From IMG/VR virus record IMGVR_UViG_3300027732_000094, positions 1 through 28,941 of that record: 28,941 nucleotides of DNA; one strand, given 5' to 3'. Position numbers and translations under genes: made by a program. Position 1 is the stretch's first letter; every line of letters starts with the position of its first letter. This document shows positions 7,136 through 16,055 of the stretch, piece by piece. The DNA is from a virus. Lineage: Duplodnaviria > Caudoviricetes. The notes below the pieces were generated by a model that had not been told where the DNA came from, did not search any database, and saw only the letters and a list, made by a program, of their open reading frames with translations.

Positions 7136-7933
7136 TTATTTTTGCATCATCAAAGCATTGAAGTTACTAGGAACGACAATAGTTTGTACTTGGCCATTCT
7201 TAATACCTTCTGAGATATTCAACATAGCCTGTGCTTGCATAAACTGAATAGATGCACCAGAGTTATTTGCCAATGCTGCCATACGACGACTTTCTGCTTC
7301 GGCAGTTTTGACTTCAACTTCCTTCTGCTTCAATTCATTCTTAGAACGAACCAATGCATTAGCAGATTCAACAACGCTATCAGCTGGAACAACATTACGA
7401 ATCAGCACTTGGCTAATTGTAATAGATCCATCCAACTTTTCTTCTGCTAGATTCTTTTGGATCTCTTCTTGAATAAACTTCTCCATGTCGCTTCGGTTAT
7501 CTGCCATATCCAATGCTTCATATTTACGAGCAGATTTATAAATCGCATTACGAGCATTCTGTACAATGTAGTTGTACATCACATAAGTGTCACCACGAAA
7601 ATCAGCATGGAATGCCTTATTCTTAGTTGAGTACAATTCTGCTACACTTTGTGGGTTAATGTTGTAAACAACTACAGCATCCAAATCTTTCATAGTTGAG
7701 TTGTCCTTGGCCACTGGGGTCATATTCTCCAATGTGACATTAACATCTTTAATCGGGAATGTCAAAACATCACCAATTAATACCTGATTGAACGATCCTG
7801 GAAGCAATTCGCCTGACTGAACCTGCTTGTCAAATCCAACACGAACACCAACTTCACCAGTCTCGATACGAGTACAACCAGTAGCCAGTGCCATGGATGC
7901 AACGATGGCAGAAATTTTCAAAACACTTTTCAT
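7136..7933 (-). CDS. SPFH/band-7 (prohibitin-like) lipoprotein
   Basis: Signal peptide with lipobox-like LATGC, RIETGEVGVRV, and a coiled-coil C-terminus. Confidence 0.88.
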   Translation of the reverse strand: MKSVLKISAIVASMALATGCTRIETGEVGVRVGFDKQVQSGELLPGSFNQVLIGDVLTFPIKDVNVTLENMTPVAKDNSTMKDLDAVVVYNINPQSVAELYSTKNKAFHADFRGDTYVMYNYIVQNARNAIYKSARKYEALDMADNRSDMEKFIQEEIQKNLAEEKLDGSITISQVLIRNVVPADSVVESANALVRSKNELKQKEVEVKTAEAESRRMAALANNSGASIQFMQAQAMLNISEGIKNGQVQTIVVPSNFNALMMQK

Positions 7934-7942
7934 ATCAAATCC

Positions 7943-8119
7943 TTAAAATAAAACAACAAAAGCAACCATAACACCAAGTGTCAATAGCGAACATAACAAA
8001 CTAAATGAAAGGATCTTAATTAAATCCCACTTCTCATGCCCATTCAGTTTTCTGAAAGCAGGGATTACAAAATAGAATCCAGCAAACAGAATAGCAAACA
8101 ATAACCATAAACGAATCAT
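7943..8119 (-). CDS. small two-TM membrane protein (58 aa; not in ORF track)
   Basis: MIRLWLLFAILFAGFYFVIPAFRKLNGHEKWDLIKILSFSLLCSLLTLGVMVAFVVLF; fills the gap, AAGGA RBS. Confidence 0.78.
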   Translation of the reverse strand: MIRLWLLFAILFAGFYFVIPAFRKLNGHEKWDLIKILSFSLLCSLLTLGVMVAFVVLF

Positions 8120-8120
8120 T

Positions 8121-8465
8121 TTATTCCTTCGAATACTTCACATCATGCTCATAAAGAAACATCAGGCAACACATTGCATGTGCCAAGTGATTCTTTCCAG
8201 TTTCGGGATCGTTTTGCTCTCCCTCTTTCCATTCCCACAGATGTCTCTGCAAGGCATCGTAATATCTTCGTTTAGCATCAGGTACAACTTTCCAGTTATC
8301 TGGTTCGTATTTCTCTGCTCCAAAAGTAAGTATCTCTACTGTTGCCTTCAAAGCAAGTGGTGGCAGCAAACCATACTGCAGTTTGCCACCATCAAATTTA
8401 CGACCACCAGTAGTTGCTGTCTGAGATGCCTTTACAACATCATTCTGCTTCTTATCGGTAGCCAT
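8121..8465 (-). CDS. dATP/dGTP diphosphohydrolase N-terminal-like (DUF5664) protein
   Basis: GRKFDGGK..Y.LLP..AL......TFGAEKY..DNW, ALQRHL..W..GE..DPETG..HLAHA.CC..FL. Confidence 0.8.
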   Translation of the reverse strand: MATDKKQNDVVKASQTATTGGRKFDGGKLQYGLLPPLALKATVEILTFGAEKYEPDNWKVVPDAKRRYYDALQRHLWEWKEGEQNDPETGKNHLAHAMCCLMFLYEHDVKYSKE

Positions 8466-8473
8466 AATTTCTC

Positions 8474-8740
8474 TTAGCTACGTTGTGCAGTGAATGCAGA
8501 TGCACCAGCGATAGCGTTTGCAAGACGAACGATACGCTTGCTTGCAACACCGATACGGTACTTAGTAGTTGGTGTACCATCATGCAATTTAGATGCATTA
8601 GAGTAAACGCAATAACCTTGCTCACGTAGGTTACGAATTGCACTTGCTGGATGTGCAATACCGAAAGATGACTTGATCTGTTTTGCAGTAAAAGATTTAC
8701 CACGACTCAATTGATTCAAAAGCATTTCTTGTTTAGACAT
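8474..8740 (-). CDS. winged helix-turn-helix DNA-binding protein
   Basis: L..G...TAKQI...FGI....SAI.NLR.QGY.VY...T.YRIG pattern; start MSKQE with a GGAG RBS. Confidence 0.72.
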   Translation of the reverse strand: MSKQEMLLNQLSRGKSFTAKQIKSSFGIAHPASAIRNLREQGYCVYSNASKLHDGTPTTKYRIGVASKRIVRLANAIAGASAFTAQRS

Positions 8741-8769
8741 ATTAACTCCATTATTATAAACCATCAAAT

Positions 8770-8810
8770 AAAAAAAGTCATTCAGAGGGATGGCTAACCT
8801 CTGAATGACT
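8770..8810 (-). terminator. intrinsic terminator
   Basis: 13-bp perfect stem AGTCATTCAGAGG/CCTCTGAATGACT followed by a U-run on the minus strand. Confidence 0.75.
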
Positions 8811-8825
8811 GGGTAAAATTATAAC

Positions 8826-9320
8826 TTATACTTCGATACCATTGTCACGCAGAATCTGATTGAAGTCTTCTACATCTTCGTCATGAGAAACTGATTCCTC
8901 GATGATTCGTTGTAGACGATTAGTCTCCAATGCATCTTCAGTTGCTTTGGCTTTGACTGCTGGCTTAGATTTAACAACCACAGTCTTAGCTTTAGCAAGT
9001 TTCGCAACCTTAGCTTTAGCTTTAACAACAGGATTCAACTTGGCAGTCAGTTCCTGTTTGTATGCAGAAAGTTCTGCATCAGTCGGGATGGGTAATTGAT
9101 ACACACCACGCTCAACTTTGTTCTTGTTGAACAACCAGTTGGGATAACCGATCTTCTCATTCTTAACACCAGCACGTTGATCACGCAGAGTGTAATAGAT
9201 TGAGGCACATTCCTTCAACGTAATTTGTGGATCTTTCTTGTACTGTTTATTGGATTCAATAACAGCTACCACAAAACGCTTTTGGGCGAGGGACAGGTTT
9301 GCAAATTTTAACATAATCAT
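8826..9320 (-). CDS. hypothetical protein with a K/A-rich linker
   Basis: 164-aa ORF behind a consensus promoter; AAAGGAAA RBS. Confidence 0.75.
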   Translation of the reverse strand: MIMLKFANLSLAQKRFVVAVIESNKQYKKDPQITLKECASIYYTLRDQRAGVKNEKIGYPNWLFNKNKVERGVYQLPIPTDAELSAYKQELTAKLNPVVKAKAKVAKLAKAKTVVVKSKPAVKAKATEDALETNRLQRIIEESVSHDEDVEDFNQILRDNGIEV

Positions 9321-9361
9321 TTTCCTTTTAAAGTTTCACAAAATTTCACAACAGAACACAT

Positions 9362-9390
9362 ATTATACCGCAAGATTACATAAATGTCAA
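9362..9390 (-). promoter_or_regulatory. consensus sigma70 early promoter
   Basis: Exact TTGACA-17 nt-TATAAT. Confidence 0.82.
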
Positions 9391-9394
9391 GCAT

Positions 9395-9423
9395 TTATTT
9401 TTCCCTGTAAAATCAACAACTTA
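9395..9423. repeat. promoter-upstream repeat, copy 1
   Basis: TTATTTTTCCCTGTAAAATCAACA is identical to 13097-13120; TGTAAAATCAACAACTTA is identical to 10652-10669. Confidence 0.8.
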
Positions 9424-10596
9424 GAAGGGGATCTCATCCTCTGGACTTACAGGCTTTATAGTCTCGGGTACTACTTCGGGAGCAGGACTTGCAACTTTGT
9501 CGTACAGGTCGATAAAGGCAGTCTTGGTTGCCACATCGAAACGATTGCAGCAGAGTTCAACAGCCTTAACACGATCTTTGAAAATCGCAAATGCTCGAAC
9601 AATGTGGATCATACGACGAGTCGTAATTGTTTCGTCCACACCACCATCCTCGAAAGTGCGACGAATTGCATCAGCCCACTTCACGAGTGTCTCTGCAAAC
9701 TCTTCATCAACGCATGAATATGTCTGCATAAGATTCTTGATAATCTTCACTTCAACTTTTGAAGAAGGATATTCTTGGTTGAAGGTAACAGCAAATCGTT
9801 CCAAGAATGCTTCGTTCAATACGTTTGTACCGATGTAACGACCATCGTCTGAACCCTTACCCTTAGTGTTGGCAGTGGCAAGGATGTTAAAACCCTCTGC
9901 AGGAATGATCATCTCATTCTTCAACTTGAAGTAATATGGCTTACCTTCCAAAATTGGTTGCAAGCAAAGCAAAGTGTTTGCAGAGCCAGCATCAATTTCG
10001 TCTAGCAGCAGAGTTGTACCAGTACGCATAGCGATGAGCACTGGACCTTCGACTACTTTAACATTACCATCTTCAAGAGTCTTCGAACCAATCAATTGAT
10101 CTTCGTCAGTCATCATGTTAAGGTTAACACGAATCAAAGGACGTTTGTGTTTGGCACAAATTTGTTCAACCATCGTAGATTTACCGTTCCCAGTTGGACC
10201 AGAAATGTAGGCAGGATAGAAGATACGTGACTTGATGATGCTTTCCAAATCAGTGTAGTTGCCGAATGGAACAAAATTAGAATCCTTGGCAGGAATCAAT
10301 GCATCTGTATCATTATAGTTCACCATAAAAGACTCTTGTTTTTTAGGTTTGAGTGCAGTGTTACCTGCAGTCGGAAAGTCAACTGGTGTGCCACCTTCAA
10401 TAGCGTACAGACCACGACCAGCTTTGGTCTTCATAAGCCATGTAGGATACTTCTCCGTATTCATATGTGCCATCGTTTCCAGCAACTGTGGTCGTGACAC
10501 CACACCTTTCTGTGAAACTTCAGGAAACAGTTCGTACATTTTAGCTTCAAACATACCACGAAACACCATATCGGATTTTGCCATCACATTCTCCAT
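9421..10596 (-). CDS. MoxR/CbbQ-type AAA+ ATPase (phage CobS-like)
   Basis: Walker A GPTGNGKS, DEDQLIG, LLLDEID, ATANTKGKGSDDGRYIGTNVLNEAFLERF; start may be MAKSD at 10584. Confidence 0.92.
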   Translation of the reverse strand: MENVMAKSDMVFRGMFEAKMYELFPEVSQKGVVSRPQLLETMAHMNTEKYPTWLMKTKAGRGLYAIEGGTPVDFPTAGNTALKPKKQESFMVNYNDTDALIPAKDSNFVPFGNYTDLESIIKSRIFYPAYISGPTGNGKSTMVEQICAKHKRPLIRVNLNMMTDEDQLIGSKTLEDGNVKVVEGPVLIAMRTGTTLLLDEIDAGSANTLLCLQPILEGKPYYFKLKNEMIIPAEGFNILATANTKGKGSDDGRYIGTNVLNEAFLERFAVTFNQEYPSSKVEVKIIKNLMQTYSCVDEEFAETLVKWADAIRRTFEDGGVDETITTRRMIHIVRAFAIFKDRVKAVELCCNRFDVATKTAFIDLYDKVASPAPEVVPETIKPVSPEDEIPF

Positions 10597-10608
10597 AATA
10601 AAAACCTT

Positions 10609-10637
10609 ATTTTACATCAAACACAAATTAATGTCAA
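10609..10637 (-). promoter_or_regulatory. sigma70 promoter
   Basis: TTGACA-17 nt-TAAAAT. Confidence 0.72.
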
Positions 10638-10651
10638 CAACTATTTTACGT

Positions 10652-10670
10652 TGTAAAATCAACAACTTAC
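10652..10670. repeat. promoter-upstream repeat, copy 2
   Basis: TGTAAAATCAACAACTTAC, 14 nt upstream of the -35 box. Confidence 0.75.
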
Positions 10671-12862
10671 GCAACAAGAGTCACGAATCGGTTGAGAAGC
10701 ACACGGCTAGTCTTCTTGACATTGAGATACTTACCGAAGTTCTTTGCAATTGCTCTTGCATTCATATCGGCATTCGTTTCCAACTCACCTTCTTCAATCT
10801 TGGTAGAATGTTTAGTGATTAAGAACAATTCGTCACGTCCAGTATTCTTTAATGAAACGAATCCCTCTTTCCTAAACTCTGCTCTCCAATTTTCGATAAG
10901 GCTGTAGCGATCACCAGCATACGAAGGTAGATTGCAATTCATCACAGTGTCCAACTCACGACGACCACTACCACAAATATGAAATCCAACAACTGAGATA
11001 CCATAGCGATCTTTAATCATACGAAGAATCATTTCAGTTTGCGGAGCACCTTGAGATGACAATTCATATGTTTTCTGAGTCACTTCATCTTTGATGAAGT
11101 TCTTCACCTTAAGACGTTTGTGGCTATTTTCTTCATAAGTCCATTCACCCATTCTACCATTAATACCATACAAACTCTGGCCATCACCATCAGTCAATGT
11201 AATAAAAGTCATTTTCTCAATGTTGTTATTCTTCATATATGTTCCAATATTTTGATAACACCATACCAAAGCCTCATTCAATGGAGTGCTGCTAGTGCTA
11301 TATTGATCATTCATCTGGAATGAATAGTGAATCACACGTTTAGCCATCATGTTGAATTCGCTAGTCGTCATCTTGCTAGAGAAGAGTTCCAACAAATTGA
11401 ATTTTGAAGTTGCGTTGTTGAGTAGATTCTCGCCAGTCTTGGTGCGCATCCATGCATTATATTTTTCATACTCTGTTTGGCTATCAGTAATATCTTTATT
11501 ATTATAACCATTAGTGAATGCAAACACACGATATGGAATCTGTGTACGATTGCAGAACATAGCCAAGTTAATAACCTGTTTCAATGTATCAATCAGAACA
11601 TCATTCATTGAACCAGACCAGTCCACGAGCATAATCATGCCATGGTTTTTACCCTGTGGCAACATAGTGACACGTTTGAACAAGTCATCTTTCAGTTTGT
11701 AGGAATAGATTTTAGCCATATCCAATGAACCAATTTTAGAAACCTGAGCACGTTTGTAAGTCTGAGCAGACTTCTTCATCTCAAATTCTTTGACCAAATA
11801 GTTCACAGTGCTGGAAGATTCAGTCTTGAATTTGGTGTACTCAGCGAGTTGTCTTTTAGCATAATCAGCACGTTGCTGTGTATCCATATTACGTGTGTAA
11901 CGATCGTATGCATCTGTGGCATACCATGCTTCTGGAGTCAGTGTCTCACTCAGAATACGTTTGTAACCGATGATTGGATCTTTAAAATAATTCTTATCAA
12001 ATTTCCAATATTCGTATACAGTACTTGTGTCAGCTAAGTCTTCAAGTTTCTTGGAGAAATTACGTTCAGTCTTAGACTCTAAGTCTGAATCAGAGACTTC
12101 GTTATTGGTATGTTTTTTAGACTTAGAATTTCCATTCTGTTCTTTTTGTGGTTTAGCAGCCTGACCATCATCTGAGTCTTCATCAATGTCTTGTTCATTA
12201 CCATTATCAAAATCATCGTATTCACCACCACCATCAGGATCATCATCTTCATTCTCATCTTCTTCCACTTGGTCAGTGGGGTCTTGTTTGATGCGCTTCT
12301 TACGTTCTTCCATCTGCTCTTTAGAAAAAGCATAGATGTCATTGGCAAGTTGAATTACTTCTTCGATAGTTTCAACACGTTCAGCACGATTGACAAATTG
12401 TTTTTCTTCAGGTGTGAATGTAACACCACACTGGAAACCAGCTTTGAAATACAGATTGATTTTGTCGATGAGCAACAAGTCATCGAATGTTTGGACTTGT
12501 TTAACACCAAAGAAGTCACGATCGTTCAGTTGTTTGTAACCTTCATTCATGCGCTTACGCAGACCAGGATATCTACGCTTCATCAATTTCTCGATGCGTA
12601 CATCCTCGACAATGTTCAGATATGACATCATCTTCACGTTGTCTTGAATTGGTTTTAGATATTCTTCACCAGTGTAAAGTGCATGACCGACTTCGTGACC
12701 AATCAACATGTCCTCAATCTCTGGAGTCATGTCTTTCCACAAAGGTAAAGTTAGCACACGTGACTTGATGTCAAACGATGCTGTTTGTGTGCGTGCACGA
12801 ATAACTGAAAGGTTTTCAGTCGCAAGAAGACGTGCAGATAAATCTGATGCTGTAGTTTCCAT
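10667..12862 (-). CDS. CobT-like protein: N-terminal HExxH metallopeptidase-like domain, acidic linker, C-terminal VWA domain
   Basis: HEVGHALYT...NIVEDVRIE; MIDAS DWSGS...STPL...LTDG; start METTA at 12862 with a GGAG RBS; adjacent to the MoxR-type ATPase. Confidence 0.87.
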   Translation of the reverse strand: METTASDLSARLLATENLSVIRARTQTASFDIKSRVLTLPLWKDMTPEIEDMLIGHEVGHALYTGEEYLKPIQDNVKMMSYLNIVEDVRIEKLMKRRYPGLRKRMNEGYKQLNDRDFFGVKQVQTFDDLLLIDKINLYFKAGFQCGVTFTPEEKQFVNRAERVETIEEVIQLANDIYAFSKEQMEERKKRIKQDPTDQVEEDENEDDDPDGGGEYDDFDNGNEQDIDEDSDDGQAAKPQKEQNGNSKSKKHTNNEVSDSDLESKTERNFSKKLEDLADTSTVYEYWKFDKNYFKDPIIGYKRILSETLTPEAWYATDAYDRYTRNMDTQQRADYAKRQLAEYTKFKTESSSTVNYLVKEFEMKKSAQTYKRAQVSKIGSLDMAKIYSYKLKDDLFKRVTMLPQGKNHGMIMLVDWSGSMNDVLIDTLKQVINLAMFCNRTQIPYRVFAFTNGYNNKDITDSQTEYEKYNAWMRTKTGENLLNNATSKFNLLELFSSKMTTSEFNMMAKRVIHYSFQMNDQYSTSSTPLNEALVWCYQNIGTYMKNNNIEKMTFITLTDGDGQSLYGINGRMGEWTYEENSHKRLKVKNFIKDEVTQKTYELSSQGAPQTEMILRMIKDRYGISVVGFHICGSGRRELDTVMNCNLPSYAGDRYSLIENWRAEFRKEGFVSLKNTGRDELFLITKHSTKIEEGELETNADMNARAIAKNFGKYLNVKKTSRVLLNRFVTLVA

Positions 12863-12863
12863 A

Positions 12864-13040
12864 TTACTCTCCAAATGCTTCAGCCAATTCATACTCAGTC
12901 AAAAACTTCTCCATCCGAGCACGATCTTTCAATTTTAAAGGGAGGATACTTTCGACATCATCAGGTTCAACAGTGAAACCATAGTCATCATATAAACACG
13001 CCAACTCAAAGTCACTGAATTCACTCCACTGGTTTTTCAT
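12864..13040 (-). CDS. hypothetical acidic protein
   Basis: Start MKNQW with a GGAGA RBS, behind the promoter at 13065-13093. Confidence 0.65.
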   Translation of the reverse strand: MKNQWSEFSDFELACLYDDYGFTVEPDDVESILPLKLKDRARMEKFLTEYELAEAFGE

Positions 13041-13064
13041 AACAATCTCCATAATTTATACGTT

Positions 13065-13093
13065 ATTATACACCATGCCTGAATAAAAGGCAA
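13065..13093 (-). promoter_or_regulatory. sigma70 promoter
   Basis: TTGCCT-17 nt-TATAAT. Confidence 0.7.
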
Positions 13094-13096
13094 GTG

Positions 13097-13120
13097 TTAT
13101 TTTTCCCTGTAAAATCAACA
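13097..13120. repeat. promoter-upstream repeat, copy 3
   Basis: 24-bp identity to 9395-9418. Confidence 0.8.
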
Positions 13121-13132
13121 GGTTACGGAGGG

Positions 13133-14851
13133 CTAGGGAGTTGCAATAACAGAGAAGTCATTGCGTTTCTCGAATTTAATGACACTGCGGAATTTGTCAA
13201 ACAACTGATCACCTTTGTGGGAGATAACGAAGATGTTGGTGTTCTCTCCAAATTGGTTCATCAGATTCAAGAAGTAATCAGTTCCAGCTGTATCCAAAGA
13301 TGAATCAAAGATCTCATCAAGCAACAACAGGTTTGTGTTCACTGAGTTCTTCATCTTTGCGATCTGTCTCCATGTGAATAGGATTGACAAGTCGATACGC
13401 ATCTTCTCACCTTCAGAGAAACTTGCATATGTAAAGTCATCTCGGAAACGAGACTTCACATGTTCATTGAATGCTTCATCAAGTTCGAAGTGAATGTAAG
13501 CATCCATTGCTTGGAGATACTTATTGATCAACTTGTTCATCACTGGAAGATACTCACGAATGATTGCTGTCTTGATGCCAGTATCTTTCAATAGAATATT
13601 AGCAACTTCTTCGAGATTGCGTTGCTCTTGCAGAGAAGTTTTCTGTTCAATCTTTCCAATAGCTTCTTTGGCTAGATCTTTTAGTTTGCGTTTCTCTTCA
13701 TCGACATTGGTTGTATCTGCTTTGGATAAATCAATCTCGGTCTGTAGGTTAGAATTCATTCGATTCAACAGACTGATTTTATTGTTCATCGTAGATAGTT
13801 CGATGTTCTTTTGAGTGATTTGATTTTGAACATTGTTAATGTTGTTCAGGTCTAGCGTTAACTTACTAAGAATGGATTCAAGTTCCTCAATTCGAAGATT
13901 GTTCTCATCGATCTTTGTATTCAAATCAGTGATAACTTTATTCTTATGGTCTTCTGAGATATCCTGTGAACAAGATGGACAGGTTGCATTCTCTTCGAAA
14001 AACTCATGGTGTTGATGACAGTGTTCTAGTTTGGCATTGATCTTACTCTTGATAGATTTTGCCTGTTCAATCTGTGCATCAATAGATGGCTTCTCTTCAG
14101 TAGCTTTGGAAAGAAAATCAATGTCAGAAATAAGAGAACCAACTGATACTTGAGAGTCTAGAATTTCTTTGTTGTTATCATCAATCTTGGTAAGTAGTGA
14201 TTTAATCGTATCAGTCTTAGCATCAGTCATAGTCTTGATCAATGTAGTCTGACTATCAACTAGACTCTTGGCTAGATTTATTTCTTGTTCGATACGAGAG
14301 ATAGTATCTTTCGTGTCGTTGATCTTTTCCTTGAGTAACTGATTCATTGTAGAGAAGATTCTGATATCAAGAATGTCTTCGATGACATCACGTCGTTGTG
14401 ACGAAGGTAGTTGCATAAATGGAACGAAAGAAGCAGAGCCAAGAATAACTACCTGAGTGAATGTCTTGTAGTTCAACTTAAGAATCTGTTGTTCAAGAAC
14501 CTTTTGATAGTCACGTGAAGCTGCATCCTGATTGATCAGTTCATCGTTGACATAGATCTCAAAGATGTTTGGTTTGATACCACGAACAATTCTATACTCT
14601 TTGGAATTGATAGAGAATTCAATTTCAACAATACAACCCTTACCATTGATCGAGTTAACCAACTGTCCTTTGTTGATGTTTCTAAATGGTTTTCCAAATA
14701 ACGAAAAGCACAATGCATCTAAGATTGTGCTCTTACCTTCACCATTCTTACCGATGATAAGAGTGGTTTGTGATTTGTTTAATAGGACTTTGTTTGGAGA
14801 GTTGCCAGTAGATAAAAAGTTTTTCCAAGTTACGCTTTTAAATACAATCAT
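13133..14851 (-). CDS. gp46: recombination endonuclease SbcC/Rad50-like subunit
   Basis: KNFLSTGN, GKNGEGKST, Zn-hook CPSC, signature FSEGEKMR, LLDEIFDSSLD, ISHK. Confidence 0.97.
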   Translation of the reverse strand: MIVFKSVTWKNFLSTGNSPNKVLLNKSQTTLIIGKNGEGKSTILDALCFSLFGKPFRNINKGQLVNSINGKGCIVEIEFSINSKEYRIVRGIKPNIFEIYVNDELINQDAASRDYQKVLEQQILKLNYKTFTQVVILGSASFVPFMQLPSSQRRDVIEDILDIRIFSTMNQLLKEKINDTKDTISRIEQEINLAKSLVDSQTTLIKTMTDAKTDTIKSLLTKIDDNNKEILDSQVSVGSLISDIDFLSKATEEKPSIDAQIEQAKSIKSKINAKLEHCHQHHEFFEENATCPSCSQDISEDHKNKVITDLNTKIDENNLRIEELESILSKLTLDLNNINNVQNQITQKNIELSTMNNKISLLNRMNSNLQTEIDLSKADTTNVDEEKRKLKDLAKEAIGKIEQKTSLQEQRNLEEVANILLKDTGIKTAIIREYLPVMNKLINKYLQAMDAYIHFELDEAFNEHVKSRFRDDFTYASFSEGEKMRIDLSILFTWRQIAKMKNSVNTNLLLLDEIFDSSLDTAGTDYFLNLMNQFGENTNIFVISHKGDQLFDKFRSVIKFEKRNDFSVIATP

Positions 14852-15906
14852 TAAACTACCTCAATATTCACTGCTTCAGTGTACAATGTTCTCATATAGG
14901 TTTTGATCTGTTCCTTATCAACATCAGTGTTGATCGAATCAACATAATTCGATAGGACAGATAGTGTGTCTTCAAGATTAATTTCCTCACCAATCTCTCC
15001 ATCTTCAAACTCAGAGAGATCCTCAATAATTTTAATCTCATGGCATCCTTTGCTATACAATTTCTGTATGAATTTATCAAACTTGTAGAAGTCTGTTTTG
15101 TTAACAACAATCAACTTAACATACATATCTTTTAAATCAAGTGAATCTAAATTGATGGGCTCAACTTCTTTGTCGTTGTACTCGACTCGGGCAAACATAG
15201 TGTATGGGTTTCCAATGAATTCGAGGTTTCTTGTTGCAAGGTCAAACAAGTGAAACCCTCTGGTATCATTGTAGTCTTGCCAAGTGAGTTCATAGGGATT
15301 TCCGAGATAGTAGATATGTCCATCGTCACTTTTGTGATGGTAATGCCCACTAAAAACCATATCAAATTTATCGAATGTTTCTTTAGCCAATCCTTCATGA
15401 GATTCCATTCCTCTATACATAGCGAACCCATTGATTTCAAAATGACCCATACAGATCTCAGCATCTGTATTCTTCATATGATCTATACTTTGTGTATAGT
15501 TATCAGGACAGATCCAAGGCATCATACAAATCTTTGTACCATCAATAACAATATTCTCTGGAGAGTCAATCACATCGATGTTACCATACTCAGTAAGAAG
15601 TAAGTCTGGTGAATTTACATCATTGGTGTTTTTATAGTAAGTGTCATGATTGCCAGCCAGCATATGAACACGAATGCCACGCTCTTCCAATCTATCAAAG
15701 AACATTTGTTTTGCTCGTTGCAGAGAATAGAAATTAACATACTTGCGTCTATCAAAAGTATCACCAAGAATAAGAACAGTGTCAATCCCAGATGCATCAA
15801 TAGTAGGAAAGAAGGTATTGTCATAGAATTTTTGATAGAAATCTAAGAATGCTATACTATCATTACGAGCACCAAAGTGCTGGTCTGTAATAATCGCTAC
15901 CTTCAT
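14851..15906 (-). CDS. gp47: recombination endonuclease SbcD/Mre11-like subunit
   Basis: TDQHFG, GDTFD, GNHD, GHFE, SGHYH phosphoesterase motifs. Confidence 0.97.
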   Translation of the reverse strand: MKVAIITDQHFGARNDSIAFLDFYQKFYDNTFFPTIDASGIDTVLILGDTFDRRKYVNFYSLQRAKQMFFDRLEERGIRVHMLAGNHDTYYKNTNDVNSPDLLLTEYGNIDVIDSPENIVIDGTKICMMPWICPDNYTQSIDHMKNTDAEICMGHFEINGFAMYRGMESHEGLAKETFDKFDMVFSGHYHHKSDDGHIYYLGNPYELTWQDYNDTRGFHLFDLATRNLEFIGNPYTMFARVEYNDKEVEPINLDSLDLKDMYVKLIVVNKTDFYKFDKFIQKLYSKGCHEIKIIEDLSEFEDGEIGEEINLEDTLSVLSNYVDSINTDVDKEQIKTYMRTLYTEAVNIEVV

Positions 15907-16055
15907 AGTTCGTCATACCCTTTACCGAAACCGAAATAAATGTTCCATTTAATTAATGATATCGTGATTGACAATTTATGTGGGAATGTATCGATATAAA
16001 TTCCCAAAGAAACACCATGTATCATATTGATTTGAAATTTTGGACCAGCACCCAT
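15903..16055 (-). CDS. hypothetical protein (50 aa; not in ORF track)
   Basis: MGAGPKFQINMIHGVSLGIYIDTFPHKLSITISLIKWNIYFGFGKGYDEL; TAATG and ATGA overlaps with both neighbours. Confidence 0.68.
   Translation of the reverse strand: MGAGPKFQINMIHGVSLGIYIDTFPHKLSITISLIKWNIYFGFGKGYDEL

Noticed and set aside
9421-12862. Cobalamin biosynthesis (cobS/cobT) as a metabolic function
   Set aside because: The similarity reflects the generic MoxR-AAA/VWA architecture; no cobN or other cob genes are in the window
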